Of a stretch of DNA of 64,000 bases, positions 11,716 to 23,284 are shown piece by piece (position 1 is the first letter of the stretch; each line of letters opens with the position of its first letter). A program made the position numbers and the translations under genes. The notes under the pieces were generated by a model that saw only the letters and a list, made by a program, of their open reading frames with translations, made no database searches and was not told the origin of the DNA. The stretch covers positions 480,001-544,000 of the forward strand of contig CAVSBQ010000002.1 of the NCBI GenBank assembly GCA_963726265.1, read 5' to 3'. Source of the stretch: Candidatus Aenigmatarchaeota archaeon. GTDB lineage: Archaea > Aenigmatarchaeota > Aenigmatarchaeia > QMZP01 > QMZT01.

Positions 11716-12822
11716 TTACTCGTACCTCAGCGCCTCTATCGGGTCGAGCCTCGCGGCCTGCCTCGCAGGCAGGACGCCTGAAACTATGCCTATGGAAGTA
11801 GCGAAAAGCAGGGCTTCGGCAATAAGATTCGGCGTTATCAGGGCAATTGGGGTGAACAGCACGCTGTTTATGAAAGCCACGCCTCCGTAACTGAGAATGA
11901 TGCCGATGACCGCGCCCGTGACGCTTATCAGTATGGATTCCAACATGACGGAAACGAGGACCTGCCTGTTCGTCGCGCCAATCGCCTTCATCGTGCCTAT
12001 GTCCCTCCTTCTTTCGCGGACGGAGATTATCATCACGTTCATTATGACTATGCCTGAAATCAGGGCGGCTATGCTGCCGAGCGCGAAGGTCATGGCATTC
12101 AGCTGGCCCAGCATTTCGTTGGCGGAATTCATCATGCTCTTGTCCGTGGAAGCGGTTATCTCGTCGAAGTTGTCGTTGACCGCCTGTTCTATGTAATCGG
12201 CGTCTTCGGGCGTGGAAGGCTGCACCATCATCAGCGTTATAATGTCCTTTTTGCCGGCCAGGTCCTGGAGATCCGGGAGGGCCATCATGACGGCATTGTC
12301 TATCTGGTCCCTACCCGTTTCCTCGAGGATGCCGACTATTTCGTAGTTCTTTTCGTCCATCGTTATGTAGTCGCCAAGAGTGTAGTCATAGCTGTCGGCA
12401 GTTTTGCTTCCGATGACGACTTCCTTCTGTCCCTCCTCGTAGTCCCTGCCGTCCTTTATCTCTATGTTGACTCCCCTGATGATGCTCTCCCCGTCGCTTG
12501 TAATGCCCATCACGCTTCCGACATTGTCAATGCTGGCGTAAAGTATGGGCGCGACCCTTTCTACGCCGGACAGGCTCTCCACCTCGGCGACCAGCGCCTG
12601 GTCTATCTCGCTCGTTTGTATGCTGAAACCGGGAATGTCGCTTTGGTGCACGGTAACCAGGCCGGACGTGATTTTTATCTGGTCGTTGACGTAGTAGATT
12701 ATTCCCTCGGAGAACGACGACACGCTGACCACCAGGAATATGCCAATCGTCACGCCGAGGACTGTAAGGACTGTCCTGAGCCTGTGCCTGTTGAATTCCC
12801 TTATGATGTTTTCCCAGAGCAT
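11716..12822 (-). CDS. ABC transporter permease, MacB/FtsX type
   Basis: RTVLTVLGVTIG, SVRERRRDIGTMKAIGA, LDPIEALRYE. Confidence 0.93.
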   Translation of the reverse strand: MLWENIIREFNRHRLRTVLTVLGVTIGIFLVVSVSSFSEGIIYYVNDQIKITSGLVTVHQSDIPGFSIQTSEIDQALVAEVESLSGVERVAPILYASIDNVGSVMGITSDGESIIRGVNIEIKDGRDYEEGQKEVVIGSKTADSYDYTLGDYITMDEKNYEIVGILEETGRDQIDNAVMMALPDLQDLAGKKDIITLMMVQPSTPEDADYIEQAVNDNFDEITASTDKSMMNSANEMLGQLNAMTFALGSIAALISGIVIMNVMIISVRERRRDIGTMKAIGATNRQVLVSVMLESILISVTGAVIGIILSYGGVAFINSVLFTPIALITPNLIAEALLFATSIGIVSGVLPARQAARLDPIEALRYE

Positions 12823-12874
12823 ATTTTCACATCCGACCAGTACGCTTCGTCGCGGTATGGCCGTCATTCGCTGG

Positions 12875-14002
12875 CTACCCTTTTCTTATCGCCTCTATCG
12901 GGTCTATCTTGACTGCGACCCATGCCGGGTAAAGGCTTGATATTATCGTAAGCATGATGCCGTATGAAACCGCTCCCGCTGCAAGGACCGGCGTTATCAC
13001 GGCGATTTTTGTGCCACCAAGTAGCACGTTGTTTATCAGGTCGACGAAAATGAACGAAATGCCGAGCGCCAGCAGGCTGCTGATCACGGATACTATGAGG
13101 GCCTCCTCGAGGATCTGCTTCATTATCGTTCTCTTCAGGGCGCCGACCGCCTTCATTATGCCGAGCTGCTTCTTGCGCTCGAGCACGGAGGTGTACATGG
13201 TTATTATTATGCCTATGGCCGCGACGAGCGAGGCGACGAAGCCTATGCCGAGCGTTATTATGTCGAGCGTCTGGGTCATCTGCTTCATCATGGAAAGGGC
13301 GTCTTCCATCGTCATGGCGCTGAGGTCGTCGAATTCGTCGCTGACGGCGTTCTTTATCTCCTCGACATACGAAACGTCCTGCGGCTCTATCATCACCTGC
13401 GTCGCCCTTCCAGAAGCATCGTAAACGTCCTCGCCGTATTTGTAGGGCATGATGACGACGAGATCGTATGACCCATAGCCTTCTTCCACGATGCCGAGAA
13501 CTTCGACTTCCTTTTTGTTGAGCGTTATGTAGTCGCCGACGCCTGCGCCGAGCATGCCGGCGGCCGCGTAGCCCAGGGCGACGCCCTGGTCGTCGTTGCC
13601 CGGCATCGAGCCTTCCTTGAACGCAAGGTCATCCGCCCCGAAAAGGTCAAGGTCATCCATGTCGATGGCGTCTACTTCCATAAAGCCCCCGAAAGTCCTG
13701 GATATTACCGGAACCACCCGCTTGGCGCCGGACAAGGAACGGAGCGCATCGACATCATCTTCGGTCAGGTCCTGAATCTGCCACGCTGTCGGAGGGCCGG
13801 ACATCTGCGAGAAGTCCATATTCTTCATCACGAAGATGGTGTCGGAACCTATGCTGCTGGTGCTGGATGTTACCATCTCGCCTATGCCGGCCGATATCGA
13901 GCCGAGAGAAACAATCGCCGTTATGGCTATGACTATTCCGAGTCCGGTGAGAATTGTTCTAACCCTGTGTCCCTTCAGGTCCTTTAACGCGAAGTCGAGC
14001 AT
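12875..14002 (-). CDS. ABC transporter permease, MacB/FtsX type
   Basis: RTILTGLGIVIA, SVLERKKQLGIMKAVGA, IDPIEAIR. Confidence 0.93.
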   Translation of the reverse strand: MLDFALKDLKGHRVRTILTGLGIVIAITAIVSLGSISAGIGEMVTSSTSSIGSDTIFVMKNMDFSQMSGPPTAWQIQDLTEDDVDALRSLSGAKRVVPVISRTFGGFMEVDAIDMDDLDLFGADDLAFKEGSMPGNDDQGVALGYAAAGMLGAGVGDYITLNKKEVEVLGIVEEGYGSYDLVVIMPYKYGEDVYDASGRATQVMIEPQDVSYVEEIKNAVSDEFDDLSAMTMEDALSMMKQMTQTLDIITLGIGFVASLVAAIGIIITMYTSVLERKKQLGIMKAVGALKRTIMKQILEEALIVSVISSLLALGISFIFVDLINNVLLGGTKIAVITPVLAAGAVSYGIMLTIISSLYPAWVAVKIDPIEAIRKG

Positions 14003-14004
14003 AA

Positions 14005-14685
14005 TTATTCATTCAGAATCTGTCCGTCCTTTAATCTTATCTGCCTCTTGGCGCGCTTTGCAAGGCTGGCGTCGTGCGTGACGACGATGATGGTCTTGCC
14101 CATCTTGCCGTGAAGCTCTTCAAGCAAGGCTATTATTTCGCTGCCTGACCTGGAGTCGAGGTTTCCTGTCGGCTCGTCCGCAAGGATGACCTCGGGATCA
14201 TTCGCCAGCGCGCGGCAGATGGCGACCCTCTGCTGCTCACCGCCTGAAAGCTCGTTGGGCTTGTGGTCGGTCCTTTTCTCGAGCCCGACCCTTTTCAGCA
14301 GTTCTTTTGCCTTTTTTATGGATTCCGCCTTGCCGTAGCCCTTGAACCTCATGGGCATGGCGACGTTTTCAGCGGCTGTCAGGCTGCCTATGAGGTTGAA
14401 CGCCTGGAAAACGAAGCCGATTTTTTCCCTTCTTATTTTCGCAAGCTCGTCGTCGTTGAGCTCGGAAATCTCCTTACCATCGACGATCACGCTGCCTTTC
14501 GTCGGCGTGTCGAGGCAGCCTATAACGTGCATGAGCGTCGACTTGCCGCAACCAGAAGGGCCGAGAATCGCCACGTATTCGCCATTCTCTATCTTGAGGC
14601 TCACGCCTCTCAGGGCGTGGGTCTCAACCTCCTTCAGGCAGTATGTTTTCCAAACGTCCTTGATTTCAAACAATACCCTTTTCAT
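14005..14685 (-). CDS. ABC transporter ATP-binding protein, LolD/MacB type
   Basis: [33 protein letters not shown]. Confidence 0.96.
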   Translation of the reverse strand: MKRVLFEIKDVWKTYCLKEVETHALRGVSLKIENGEYVAILGPSGCGKSTLMHVIGCLDTPTKGSVIVDGKEISELNDDELAKIRREKIGFVFQAFNLIGSLTAAENVAMPMRFKGYGKAESIKKAKELLKRVGLEKRTDHKPNELSGGEQQRVAICRALANDPEVILADEPTGNLDSRSGSEIIALLEELHGKMGKTIIVVTHDASLAKRAKRQIRLKDGQILNE

Positions 14686-14717
14686 GCCAGTCGCCCAAAA
14701 TCAGACTGCGCTCCCGC

Positions 14718-15908
14718 TTATTTCTTGGCCTTTTTGCGCAGTCTCCACACGTAGTAACTCTCCAGCACCACCACGACTATCAGAACCGGGACAAGCGGCG
14801 AGAGGCCGTTGTCCTTGTTCTCCTGCGCAGCAGAAGACTGCGTTATTGAAACAGGGATTTCCTCGCTGAAAAACATGTTGCTCTCGTCCAGGTATGAGAT
14901 GTTTATCACGGCCTGGCCGTATTCGAAGCCCTTGAAGCGCAGGGTCTTGTATTTGGATGGCCTCAATTCATTCGCGATTGCCGAATCCTTTGTCTTGCCT
15001 CCCTGGACAAGCGATATCTGGAGCGCCTTGGCATTCGCCGTCCCTATGTTCTCGATGTCGACCTTGAAGTCCGAGTTCTCGACCTTGGCGCTGAGAATCT
15101 CTATCACCGGCTTGCCTCTCACGGGCATGCCGACGTAAAAGGATGCGGTCTGTGCTGTGCCGCTCTCATCCTTGTATGACAGAATCATGACGTTGGGATA
15201 GGTCTTGTATTCGGCCGAATTGTCTATGCTCATGGTGAATGTCGCCTCGCCGGTCTGGCCCGGCTTTATCTCGCCTGCATAATAAAGGCCGCCTGAAAGG
15301 ACCGGCAGTATATATGTGGTGTTCGAGGCGAAATTTGCCTCCATTGATGAAGCCGATCCGGTCCCGACGTTTTTTATGAACGCCTTTATGATGACCGCAT
15401 CGCCCGGCTCTATGTCGAGCGGGTCCGTCTCTATTTTCTCGAGCACCAGCTTCGGCTTGCCCTGCACCTGCACCGTAATCTTCCCCGTGCTCTGCACTTC
15501 CGAGCCGATCTGGTAATACTTGAACTCGAGCTCGTAGTCATCTGATATGGCATCCGTGTCGATGTAGAGCCTGAACGTCGCGGTTACGTGGTCGCGCGCA
15601 GGCACCCTGGCGAAATTCTTCGTCTTCTCCTGCCCCGGGACCAGCGTGAACGGGCTCTTGGGGTTTATTTCAAGCACGATGTTCTCCGCCGCGCCATAGC
15701 CCGTGTTCTGCAGCGAAACCTCTATGTCAACTACCTGCCCGGGCTCGACTGGATACGGCGTCTGCTGCGTAAGAACTATCTGCAGGTTCTCGGTTATCGC
15801 GCTCGCGGCGTAACCTGCCTGCGAAAACGTTAGCAACACAAATCCCATTACCAAAACTGCTACCATTGTTTTATGCATGCCATGCATGTGAAGCACCTCC
15901 ATAAACAT
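14718..15908 (-). CDS. COG1361-like S-layer/CARDB-domain membrane-anchored protein
   Basis: Signal peptide, repeated PxxxxPG...NxG modules, C-terminal TM helix plus basic tail; typical partner of archaeal MacB-type ABC operons. Start uncertain. Confidence 0.75.
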   Translation of the reverse strand: MFMEVLHMHGMHKTMVAVLVMGFVLLTFSQAGYAASAITENLQIVLTQQTPYPVEPGQVVDIEVSLQNTGYGAAENIVLEINPKSPFTLVPGQEKTKNFARVPARDHVTATFRLYIDTDAISDDYELEFKYYQIGSEVQSTGKITVQVQGKPKLVLEKIETDPLDIEPGDAVIIKAFIKNVGTGSASSMEANFASNTTYILPVLSGGLYYAGEIKPGQTGEATFTMSIDNSAEYKTYPNVMILSYKDESGTAQTASFYVGMPVRGKPVIEILSAKVENSDFKVDIENIGTANAKALQISLVQGGKTKDSAIANELRPSKYKTLRFKGFEYGQAVINISYLDESNMFFSEEIPVSITQSSAAQENKDNGLSPLVPVLIVVVVLESYYVWRLRKKAKK

Positions 15909-15988
15909 CAGCCAGCTTTGCAGAGCGAATTAACAGTAGAATAATACTACAAACATACTTAAAAGGTTTTAAATTGGCCACGTCTTGA

Positions 15989-17454
<1,466 letters not shown>

Positions 17455-17464
17455 GAAGAGAGGT

Positions 17465-18376
17465 ATGAACCTTGCAACAGACCTCTGCGGCATAAAGCTG
17501 AAAAACCCCACCGTTCTCGCTTCAGGCATCCTTGGCGTTTCGCGCCAGCTGCTTTCCGAAATCATAAAGAACGGCGCCGGCGCTGTCACGATAAAATCGG
17601 TTTCTTTCGAAGCGAGGGAAGGCCACAAGAACCCGACCGTCATCGCCTTCGAAGCGGGCATGATGAACGCGGTCGGCTATTCGAATCCCGGCGCCGGCGA
17701 AGCGAGAAAGGAATTCGCCGGCCTGAAGGCACTGGGCGCGCCCGTCTTCGCCAGCATAATCGGCCAGGAGCCGGAGGATTTCGCAAAGGTCGCTGATGAA
17801 CTAAAGGGCCTGGAATTCTCCGCGCTCGAAGTCCCGCTTTCCTGCCCGCATACGCCAGGCTTCGGCACGCTCGCCGGCCAGGACGCACCCGAGAAGACGT
17901 ACGAGATAACGAAGGCCGTCGTGAAGCATACCAGACTTCCGGTGTTCGTCAAGCTCTCGCCCATCACGAAGAACATAGGCGAGGTCGCGAAAGCCGCGGA
18001 GAAAGCGGGAGCCTCGGCCATAACCGCGGTGAACACCATGGGACCGGGCATGATAATAAACATCGATGCAAAGAAACCGGTGCTGGGCTTCAAAATAGGC
18101 GGGATTTCAGGGCCTGCGCTAAAACCCGTCGCGGTCCGCTGCGTCTATGACATTTACGAAAGCGTCAAAATCCCGATAATCGGGACGGGTGGCATCCTCA
18201 CCGGCCGCGACGCCCTTGAGATGATGATGGCGGGCGCGGGCGCGATCGGAGTCGGCTCCGCAATCCATTACAGGGGCATGGACGTCTTCAAAAAAATCTG
18301 TTCTGAAATGAGCGAGTGGATGGACAAAAATAATTATCGGAGTTTTGACAAGATAATAGGTGCTGCGCATGGGTGA
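17465..18376 (+). CDS. pyrD: Dihydroorotate dehydrogenase family 1B catalytic subunit
   Basis: KNPTVLASG, SCPH, VKLSP, GGISGPALKP. Confidence 0.96.
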   Translation: MNLATDLCGIKLKNPTVLASGILGVSRQLLSEIIKNGAGAVTIKSVSFEAREGHKNPTVIAFEAGMMNAVGYSNPGAGEARKEFAGLKALGAPVFASIIGQEPEDFAKVADELKGLEFSALEVPLSCPHTPGFGTLAGQDAPEKTYEITKAVVKHTRLPVFVKLSPITKNIGEVAKAAEKAGASAITAVNTMGPGMIINIDAKKPVLGFKIGGISGPALKPVAVRCVYDIYESVKIPIIGTGGILTGRDALEMMMAGAGAIGVGSAIHYRGMDVFKKICSEMSEWMDKNNYRSFDKIIGAAHG

Positions 18377-19160
18377 AAAGGCAGAGCTTCCGGAGATGGC
18401 AAAATTCACGAGGGTCGTGCATGAAAACCCTTATGTCAAAACTTTTTTCTTTGACAGGAAAATCGATGCCAAGCCCGGGCAGTTCGTGATGGTCTGGATA
18501 CCCGGCCTTGACGAAAAGCCGTTCTCCCTTTCCTACGCCGGAAAAGAAACCGCGATAACGGTCGAGGAGAAGGGCAGGTTTACGAAAGCGCTTTTCATGA
18601 TGAAGGCCGGCGACAGGATAGGCATCCGCGGCCCTTATGGGAACGGATTTTCGCTGCGTTCGAACGCGTGCGTAGTTGCCGGCGGCTGCGGGGTCGCTCC
18701 GCTTGCCATATTGATAGAGCGTCTGAAAAAGCCGTTCGTCATCCAGGGAGCACGCTCGAAGGACAGGCTGATTTTCAGCGGGCGCTTCAGAAAAGCGAGC
18801 ATTGCCACGGACGACGGCTCGGCCGGAGCGAAGGGCTTCGTCACCGACGTCCTGGAAAGCGAGCTGAAGAAAAGGAAATTCGCCGTAGTGCACACGTGCG
18901 GCCCTGAAATCATGATGAAGCGCGTCTTCGAGCTCTGCGAGCGTTACGGAATCGAGGTCGAAGCCAGCCTGGAACGCTACATGAAATGCGGCTTCGGGGT
19001 GTGCGGCCAGTGCGAAGCCGGTGGCCTGCGCGTATGCAAGGACGGGCCCGTTTTCTCATCGTCACAGCTCAGAAAGCTCAAGGACTTCGGCAATTTCGCG
19101 AGGCTGAAATCCGGCCAGAAAGTCGCCGTGAGCGAATACGCAAAATGGAGATGCGCATGA
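18369..19160 (+). CDS. pyrK: Dihydroorotate dehydrogenase electron transfer subunit
   Basis: KPGQFVMVW, RGPYGNGF, CGPEIMM, MKCGFGVCGQC [2Fe-2S] motif. Confidence 0.95.
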   Translation: MGEKAELPEMAKFTRVVHENPYVKTFFFDRKIDAKPGQFVMVWIPGLDEKPFSLSYAGKETAITVEEKGRFTKALFMMKAGDRIGIRGPYGNGFSLRSNACVVAGGCGVAPLAILIERLKKPFVIQGARSKDRLIFSGRFRKASIATDDGSAGAKGFVTDVLESELKKRKFAVVHTCGPEIMMKRVFELCERYGIEVEASLERYMKCGFGVCGQCEAGGLRVCKDGPVFSSSQLRKLKDFGNFARLKSGQKVAVSEYAKWRCA

Positions 19161-20374
19161 ACCCCAACGCCGTGAGCCTGCTCGTGAAAAACGGCATGGT
19201 TTACGTGAACGGCAGGCTGCTGAGGAAAAATATTCTTGTTGAAAACGGGAAAATAGCCAAGCTATTGCCCGCATCGAGGACGATCGCGGCTGACAAAACC
19301 ATAAACGCAAAAGGCATGGTGGTGATTCCGGGAGTCATAGACCCGCACGTCCACTTCAGGGAGCCGGGCATGACGCACAAGGAGGATTTTGAAACGGGCA
19401 GCTTCGCCGCCGCTGCCGGCGGAGTGACCAGCTTCCTGGACATGCCGAACACCAAACCGCCCACGCTGACGCAGCAGCTGCTCAGCGAAAAAATCGCGGC
19501 TGCCGCGAAAAAATCCGTCGTGAACTTCGGCTTCCATTTCGGCTCTTCGCTGGAGAATCTCGAGGACATACGGAAGGCGTCAGGCTTCGCGGCCGTGGCG
19601 TCGGTAAAGATTTTCATGAACGCCTCGACGGGCAACATGCTCATAGAGGACGAAAACGCCATAAAAAACATAATGGAGTCCGCCCGCATAACCGCCATAC
19701 ACGCCGAAGGCGAAAGCGCGAAGAAGGCGATAGACATCGCCCATTCGCTAGGCAGGAAATTCTATATGTGCCACGTGAGCCTGCAGAGCGAGCTGGAATA
19801 CATAAAGCGCAACCGCAAGGAAAACGTCTTCGCCGAGGTCACGCCGCACCATCTGTTCCTGACCGAAAATGATGAAAACAAGTTCGTGAAAATGAAGCCG
19901 TCGCTCAAAAGCGATAAGGACAGGGCATCGCTCTGGGCCGCGCTGGCTGACGGGACCATCGACGCCGTCGGCAGTGACCACGCGCCGCACACGCTCGATG
20001 AGAAAGCAGCAGGCGACGTTTACGGAGTGCCCGGAATCGAGACTCGGCTGCCGCTCATGCTGGACGCCTTCAACCGGCGGCGTATCGAATTCAGGAGGCT
20101 GGTCGAGCTCATGTGCGAAAACCCGGCAAGGATTTTCAGGCTGAAAGGGAAGGGTTTCATAAAGGAAGGCAGCGATGCCGACCTGACCATAATAGACACG
20201 AAGATGGTGAGGCGGGTGAGGAACGACGAACTGTTCACGAAATGCGGCTGGTCTCCGTTCGATGGTTACGAGCTGCGCGGATGGCCCGTCCAGACTGTTG
20301 TGAATGGAAACGTCGTGTTTGAAAATGGCGAGGTTTGCGCTTCGGTTAAGGGGAAGGTGGTGGAACATGACTGA
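19157..20374 (+). CDS. pyrC: Dihydroorotase
   Basis: PGVIDPHVHFREPG, DMPNT, EVTPHHL, SDHAPH. Confidence 0.96.
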   Translation: MNPNAVSLLVKNGMVYVNGRLLRKNILVENGKIAKLLPASRTIAADKTINAKGMVVIPGVIDPHVHFREPGMTHKEDFETGSFAAAAGGVTSFLDMPNTKPPTLTQQLLSEKIAAAAKKSVVNFGFHFGSSLENLEDIRKASGFAAVASVKIFMNASTGNMLIEDENAIKNIMESARITAIHAEGESAKKAIDIAHSLGRKFYMCHVSLQSELEYIKRNRKENVFAEVTPHHLFLTENDENKFVKMKPSLKSDKDRASLWAALADGTIDAVGSDHAPHTLDEKAAGDVYGVPGIETRLPLMLDAFNRRRIEFRRLVELMCENPARIFRLKGKGFIKEGSDADLTIIDTKMVRRVRNDELFTKCGWSPFDGYELRGWPVQTVVNGNVVFENGEVCASVKGKVVEHD

Positions 20375-21014
20375 AATTCCAAAGGATGTCGCAAAGATAT
20401 TGCTTGAGATAAAGGCGGTTACGCTGAGCCCGCAGAAGCCTTACAGATACGCATCAGGCATGCTGAGCCCGATATACTGCGACAACCGCCTGCTGATGTC
20501 ATATCCGGACAAGAGAGCGAAGATAACCGACTATTTCGTAAGAGTCGTGCAAGAGCGCAGGCTCGATTTCGACGTCGTGGCAGGCATCGCCTCTTCGGGC
20601 ATTCCCCATGCCGCATGGCTCGCCGAGAAGCTGGGCAAGCCGATGATATACATCCGCAAGGAAGCTAAGGAGCACGGCAAGGAAAACCTTATTGAAGGGA
20701 AGCTCGAGAAAGGCGCGAAGGTCGTCATAGTGGAGGACCTCGTATCAACGGGCGGCTCAAGCATCGCAGGAGTCGAAGCCGTCCGCAGGCAGGGCGGCGT
20801 GGTCGAACAGTGTCTTGCGATTTTCACATACGAGATGCAGAAGGCAAAAGACGCCTTCAACCAGGCGGACTGCGAGCTCATACCCCTGAGCGATTTCACC
20901 ACGCTGATAAAGCTCGCGGGCGCAATGGAATACATAGGCCAAGACGAAATTGAAAAGGCGCTTGAGTGGAACAAGGATCCCCCGAACTGGGGCAGGAAGA
21001 TGGGCTTCGAATGA
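20367..21014 (+). CDS. pyrE: Orotate phosphoribosyltransferase
   Basis: ASGMLSPIYCDNR, RKEAKEHG, VEDLVSTGGS. Confidence 0.96.
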   Translation: MTEIPKDVAKILLEIKAVTLSPQKPYRYASGMLSPIYCDNRLLMSYPDKRAKITDYFVRVVQERRLDFDVVAGIASSGIPHAAWLAEKLGKPMIYIRKEAKEHGKENLIEGKLEKGAKVVIVEDLVSTGGSSIAGVEAVRRQGGVVEQCLAIFTYEMQKAKDAFNQADCELIPLSDFTTLIKLAGAMEYIGQDEIEKALEWNKDPPNWGRKMGFE

Positions 21015-21730
21015 AAACGAGAGGCGATATGATGAAAATCATAAAAATGAGCAGGAGTATAATACCCGCATGCGACCTTCCCACGCTGGAAGCGCTCGAC
21101 AGGCTGGTGAAGGAGACGTGCGATGTGAAGGGGGTGGGCGGTTACAAGATCGGCTTCGAACTGGTCATACCCTTCGGCATGAAAAAGGTCATCGAAACTA
21201 TCAGAAAACACACCCGTCTTCCCATAATCTATGACCACCAGAAGGCCGGGACGGACATTCCCGACACCGGCGTGAAGTTCATGAAGGCTTGCGGCGGAGT
21301 CGACGCTGTCATACTGTTCCCCCAAGCCGGGCCTGAAACTGAAAGGAAATGGATAGAGGCGGCGCGCAACGAGGGCCTGGGAGTCATAATCGGCGGCGAG
21401 ATGACGCACCCGCAATACCTGGAAAAGGACGGCGGCTTCATCCTGAACAGCGCGCCGAAGGCGATTTATGAAATAGCCGCTTCGCTGGGCGTGAGCGATT
21501 TTGTCGTCCCGGGAAACAAGCCGGAGCGCATCGCCGAATACAAAAAGATGCTAGAAGCGAAAGGCATAAAACCGGTTTTCTATTCGCCCGGCATGATAAC
21601 CCAGGGCGGCGACCTCAGCGAGGCTGCGGCTGCGGCCGGAAGCGAATGGCACGCCATAATAGGCCGCGCGCTGTACCAGGCCGGGAACATGAGACAGAAG
21701 GCCGAAGAACTCGCGCTCAAAATCATATAA
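21011..21730 (+). CDS. pyrF: Orotidine 5'-phosphate decarboxylase
   Basis: IIPACD, YKIG, DHQKAGTDIPDT, PGMITQGG, IIGR; last gene of the pyr operon. Start may be 21029. Confidence 0.9.
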   Translation: MKTRGDMMKIIKMSRSIIPACDLPTLEALDRLVKETCDVKGVGGYKIGFELVIPFGMKKVIETIRKHTRLPIIYDHQKAGTDIPDTGVKFMKACGGVDAVILFPQAGPETERKWIEAARNEGLGVIIGGEMTHPQYLEKDGGFILNSAPKAIYEIAASLGVSDFVVPGNKPERIAEYKKMLEAKGIKPVFYSPGMITQGGDLSEAAAAAGSEWHAIIGRALYQAGNMRQKAEELALKII

Positions 21731-21838
21731 CTCCGCGGCCGCAAGCGTTCTTGGGAAAGCAGCGGCGTTCTTAATATTTAAATATTCATTTATATAATTG
21801 TCTTTACATATCATAGTGTTATTGTTGCACCGGTGTAA

Positions 21839-22414
21839 ATGATGGCAGCGGAAAAAGAGCAAAGGAAAGAGAAGACGGAGAAGAAGGGAGGGCACAGAGA
21901 GCAGAAGGAACAGACGGAAGCTGCCAGACCGCCTGAGAAGAGGTTGCTGAACGTCGTCAGGCTCGGCGAAACGAACCTCGACGGCAACAGAAAAGTGTCA
22001 TCCGCGCTGCTCGGCATAGACGGCATATCATTTTCCATGTCCAGGATCATAGCGGACATTTCAAAGCTCGGTGAAAAGAAGGTTTCCGAGCTTTCTGACG
22101 AGGAAATCCACAAGCTTGAAGACATCATAAACCACCCGGACAAACACCATATCCCTTCATGGATGTACAACAGGAGAAAGGGCCCGGAAAAGGGCGAAAC
22201 CGTGCATCTCACGACCTCGCAACTTGAATTCAGCCAGAAGATGGACATAGACAGGATGAAAAAAACGAGGACGTATAAGGGCGTAAGGCACATGCTGGGC
22301 CAGCCCGTCCGCGGCCAGAGGACAAGAAGCTCCTTCAGGACCGGCGGAACCGTGGGTGTGCAGAGGAAGGCCGCAAAAGCCGCGCGGGCTGCTACCAGCA
22401 AGGGCGAGAAGTGA
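21839..22414 (+). CDS. rps13: 30S ribosomal protein uS13
   Basis: IPSWMYNRR, YKGVRHMLGQPVRGQRTRS. Confidence 0.97.
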   Translation: MMAAEKEQRKEKTEKKGGHREQKEQTEAARPPEKRLLNVVRLGETNLDGNRKVSSALLGIDGISFSMSRIIADISKLGEKKVSELSDEEIHKLEDIINHPDKHHIPSWMYNRRKGPEKGETVHLTTSQLEFSQKMDIDRMKKTRTYKGVRHMLGQPVRGQRTRSSFRTGGTVGVQRKAAKAARAATSKGEK

Positions 22415-22419
22415 TTGCC

Positions 22420-22881
22420 ATGAGAAGAATCAGAAAAAAGATGAAGAGGCCGCGAGCGCCGTGGGATGCGGTGAGACTCGAGGAAGAAGGCAAGATGCTG
22501 AGGGAATTCGGCCTGAGAAGGAAGAGGGAGATATGGAGCGCCGAGGCAATCGTGCGCAGCTTCAGGCGAAGGGCAAGGAATCTCATCGCCATGAAGGACG
22601 AGAAAAAAATGAAAATCCTTCTCGACAAGCTGACTGAAATCGGCCTCATCCAGAAAGGCCAGGGCCTTGACCAGGTCCTCCAGCTCAAGACGAACAACAT
22701 CCTCGAGAGGAGGCTTCAGACCATTGTTTACAAAAAGGGACACGCTTCGTCCATAAAGGATGCGAGGCAGAAAATCGTCCACGGCCATGTTTATCTGGGC
22801 GGCAGGAGAACGACATTCCCGTCATTCATAGTTTCTGCGGCGCAGGAATCAGTGATAACGGTAAAGGGTGGAAATAAATGA
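22420..22881 (+). CDS. rps4: 30S ribosomal protein uS4
   Basis: [28 protein letters not shown]. Confidence 0.96.
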   Translation: MRRIRKKMKRPRAPWDAVRLEEEGKMLREFGLRRKREIWSAEAIVRSFRRRARNLIAMKDEKKMKILLDKLTEIGLIQKGQGLDQVLQLKTNNILERRLQTIVYKKGHASSIKDARQKIVHGHVYLGGRRTTFPSFIVSAAQESVITVKGGNK

Positions 22882-23267
22882 AAGACGAAAAATGGGGCAT
22901 CTGCCACATATATTCTTCGAGCAACAACACGATTATCCACATCACCGACCTTACCGGCTCGGAAACGATAGCCAGGTGTTCCGGCGGCATGATAACCAGC
23001 AGGGACAAGGACAAGGGCTCGCCGTTCCCCGCGATGAAGGCAGCGAAAAAAGTCGCGGAAGAGGCGATAAGCAAGGGTCTTGTCGGCGTCCATCTGAAGG
23101 TCCGCGCGCAGGGCGGCCACAAGAAGAAGATACCGGGCGCAGGCGCGCAGCCCGCGATTCGTGCGCTCGTAAGGGCCGGGCTCAGGATCGGAAGGATTGA
23201 AGACGCGACGCCAGTCCCGCATGACACGACGAGGAAACCCGGAGGCCGCGGAGGAAGGCGCGTCTAA
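22878..23267 (+). CDS. rps11: 30S ribosomal protein uS11
   Basis: [30 protein letters not shown]. Confidence 0.97.
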   Translation: MKDEKWGICHIYSSSNNTIIHITDLTGSETIARCSGGMITSRDKDKGSPFPAMKAAKKVAEEAISKGLVGVHLKVRAQGGHKKKIPGAGAQPAIRALVRAGLRIGRIEDATPVPHDTTRKPGGRGGRRV

Positions 23268-23284
23268 CGCGAATGTGATGTTCC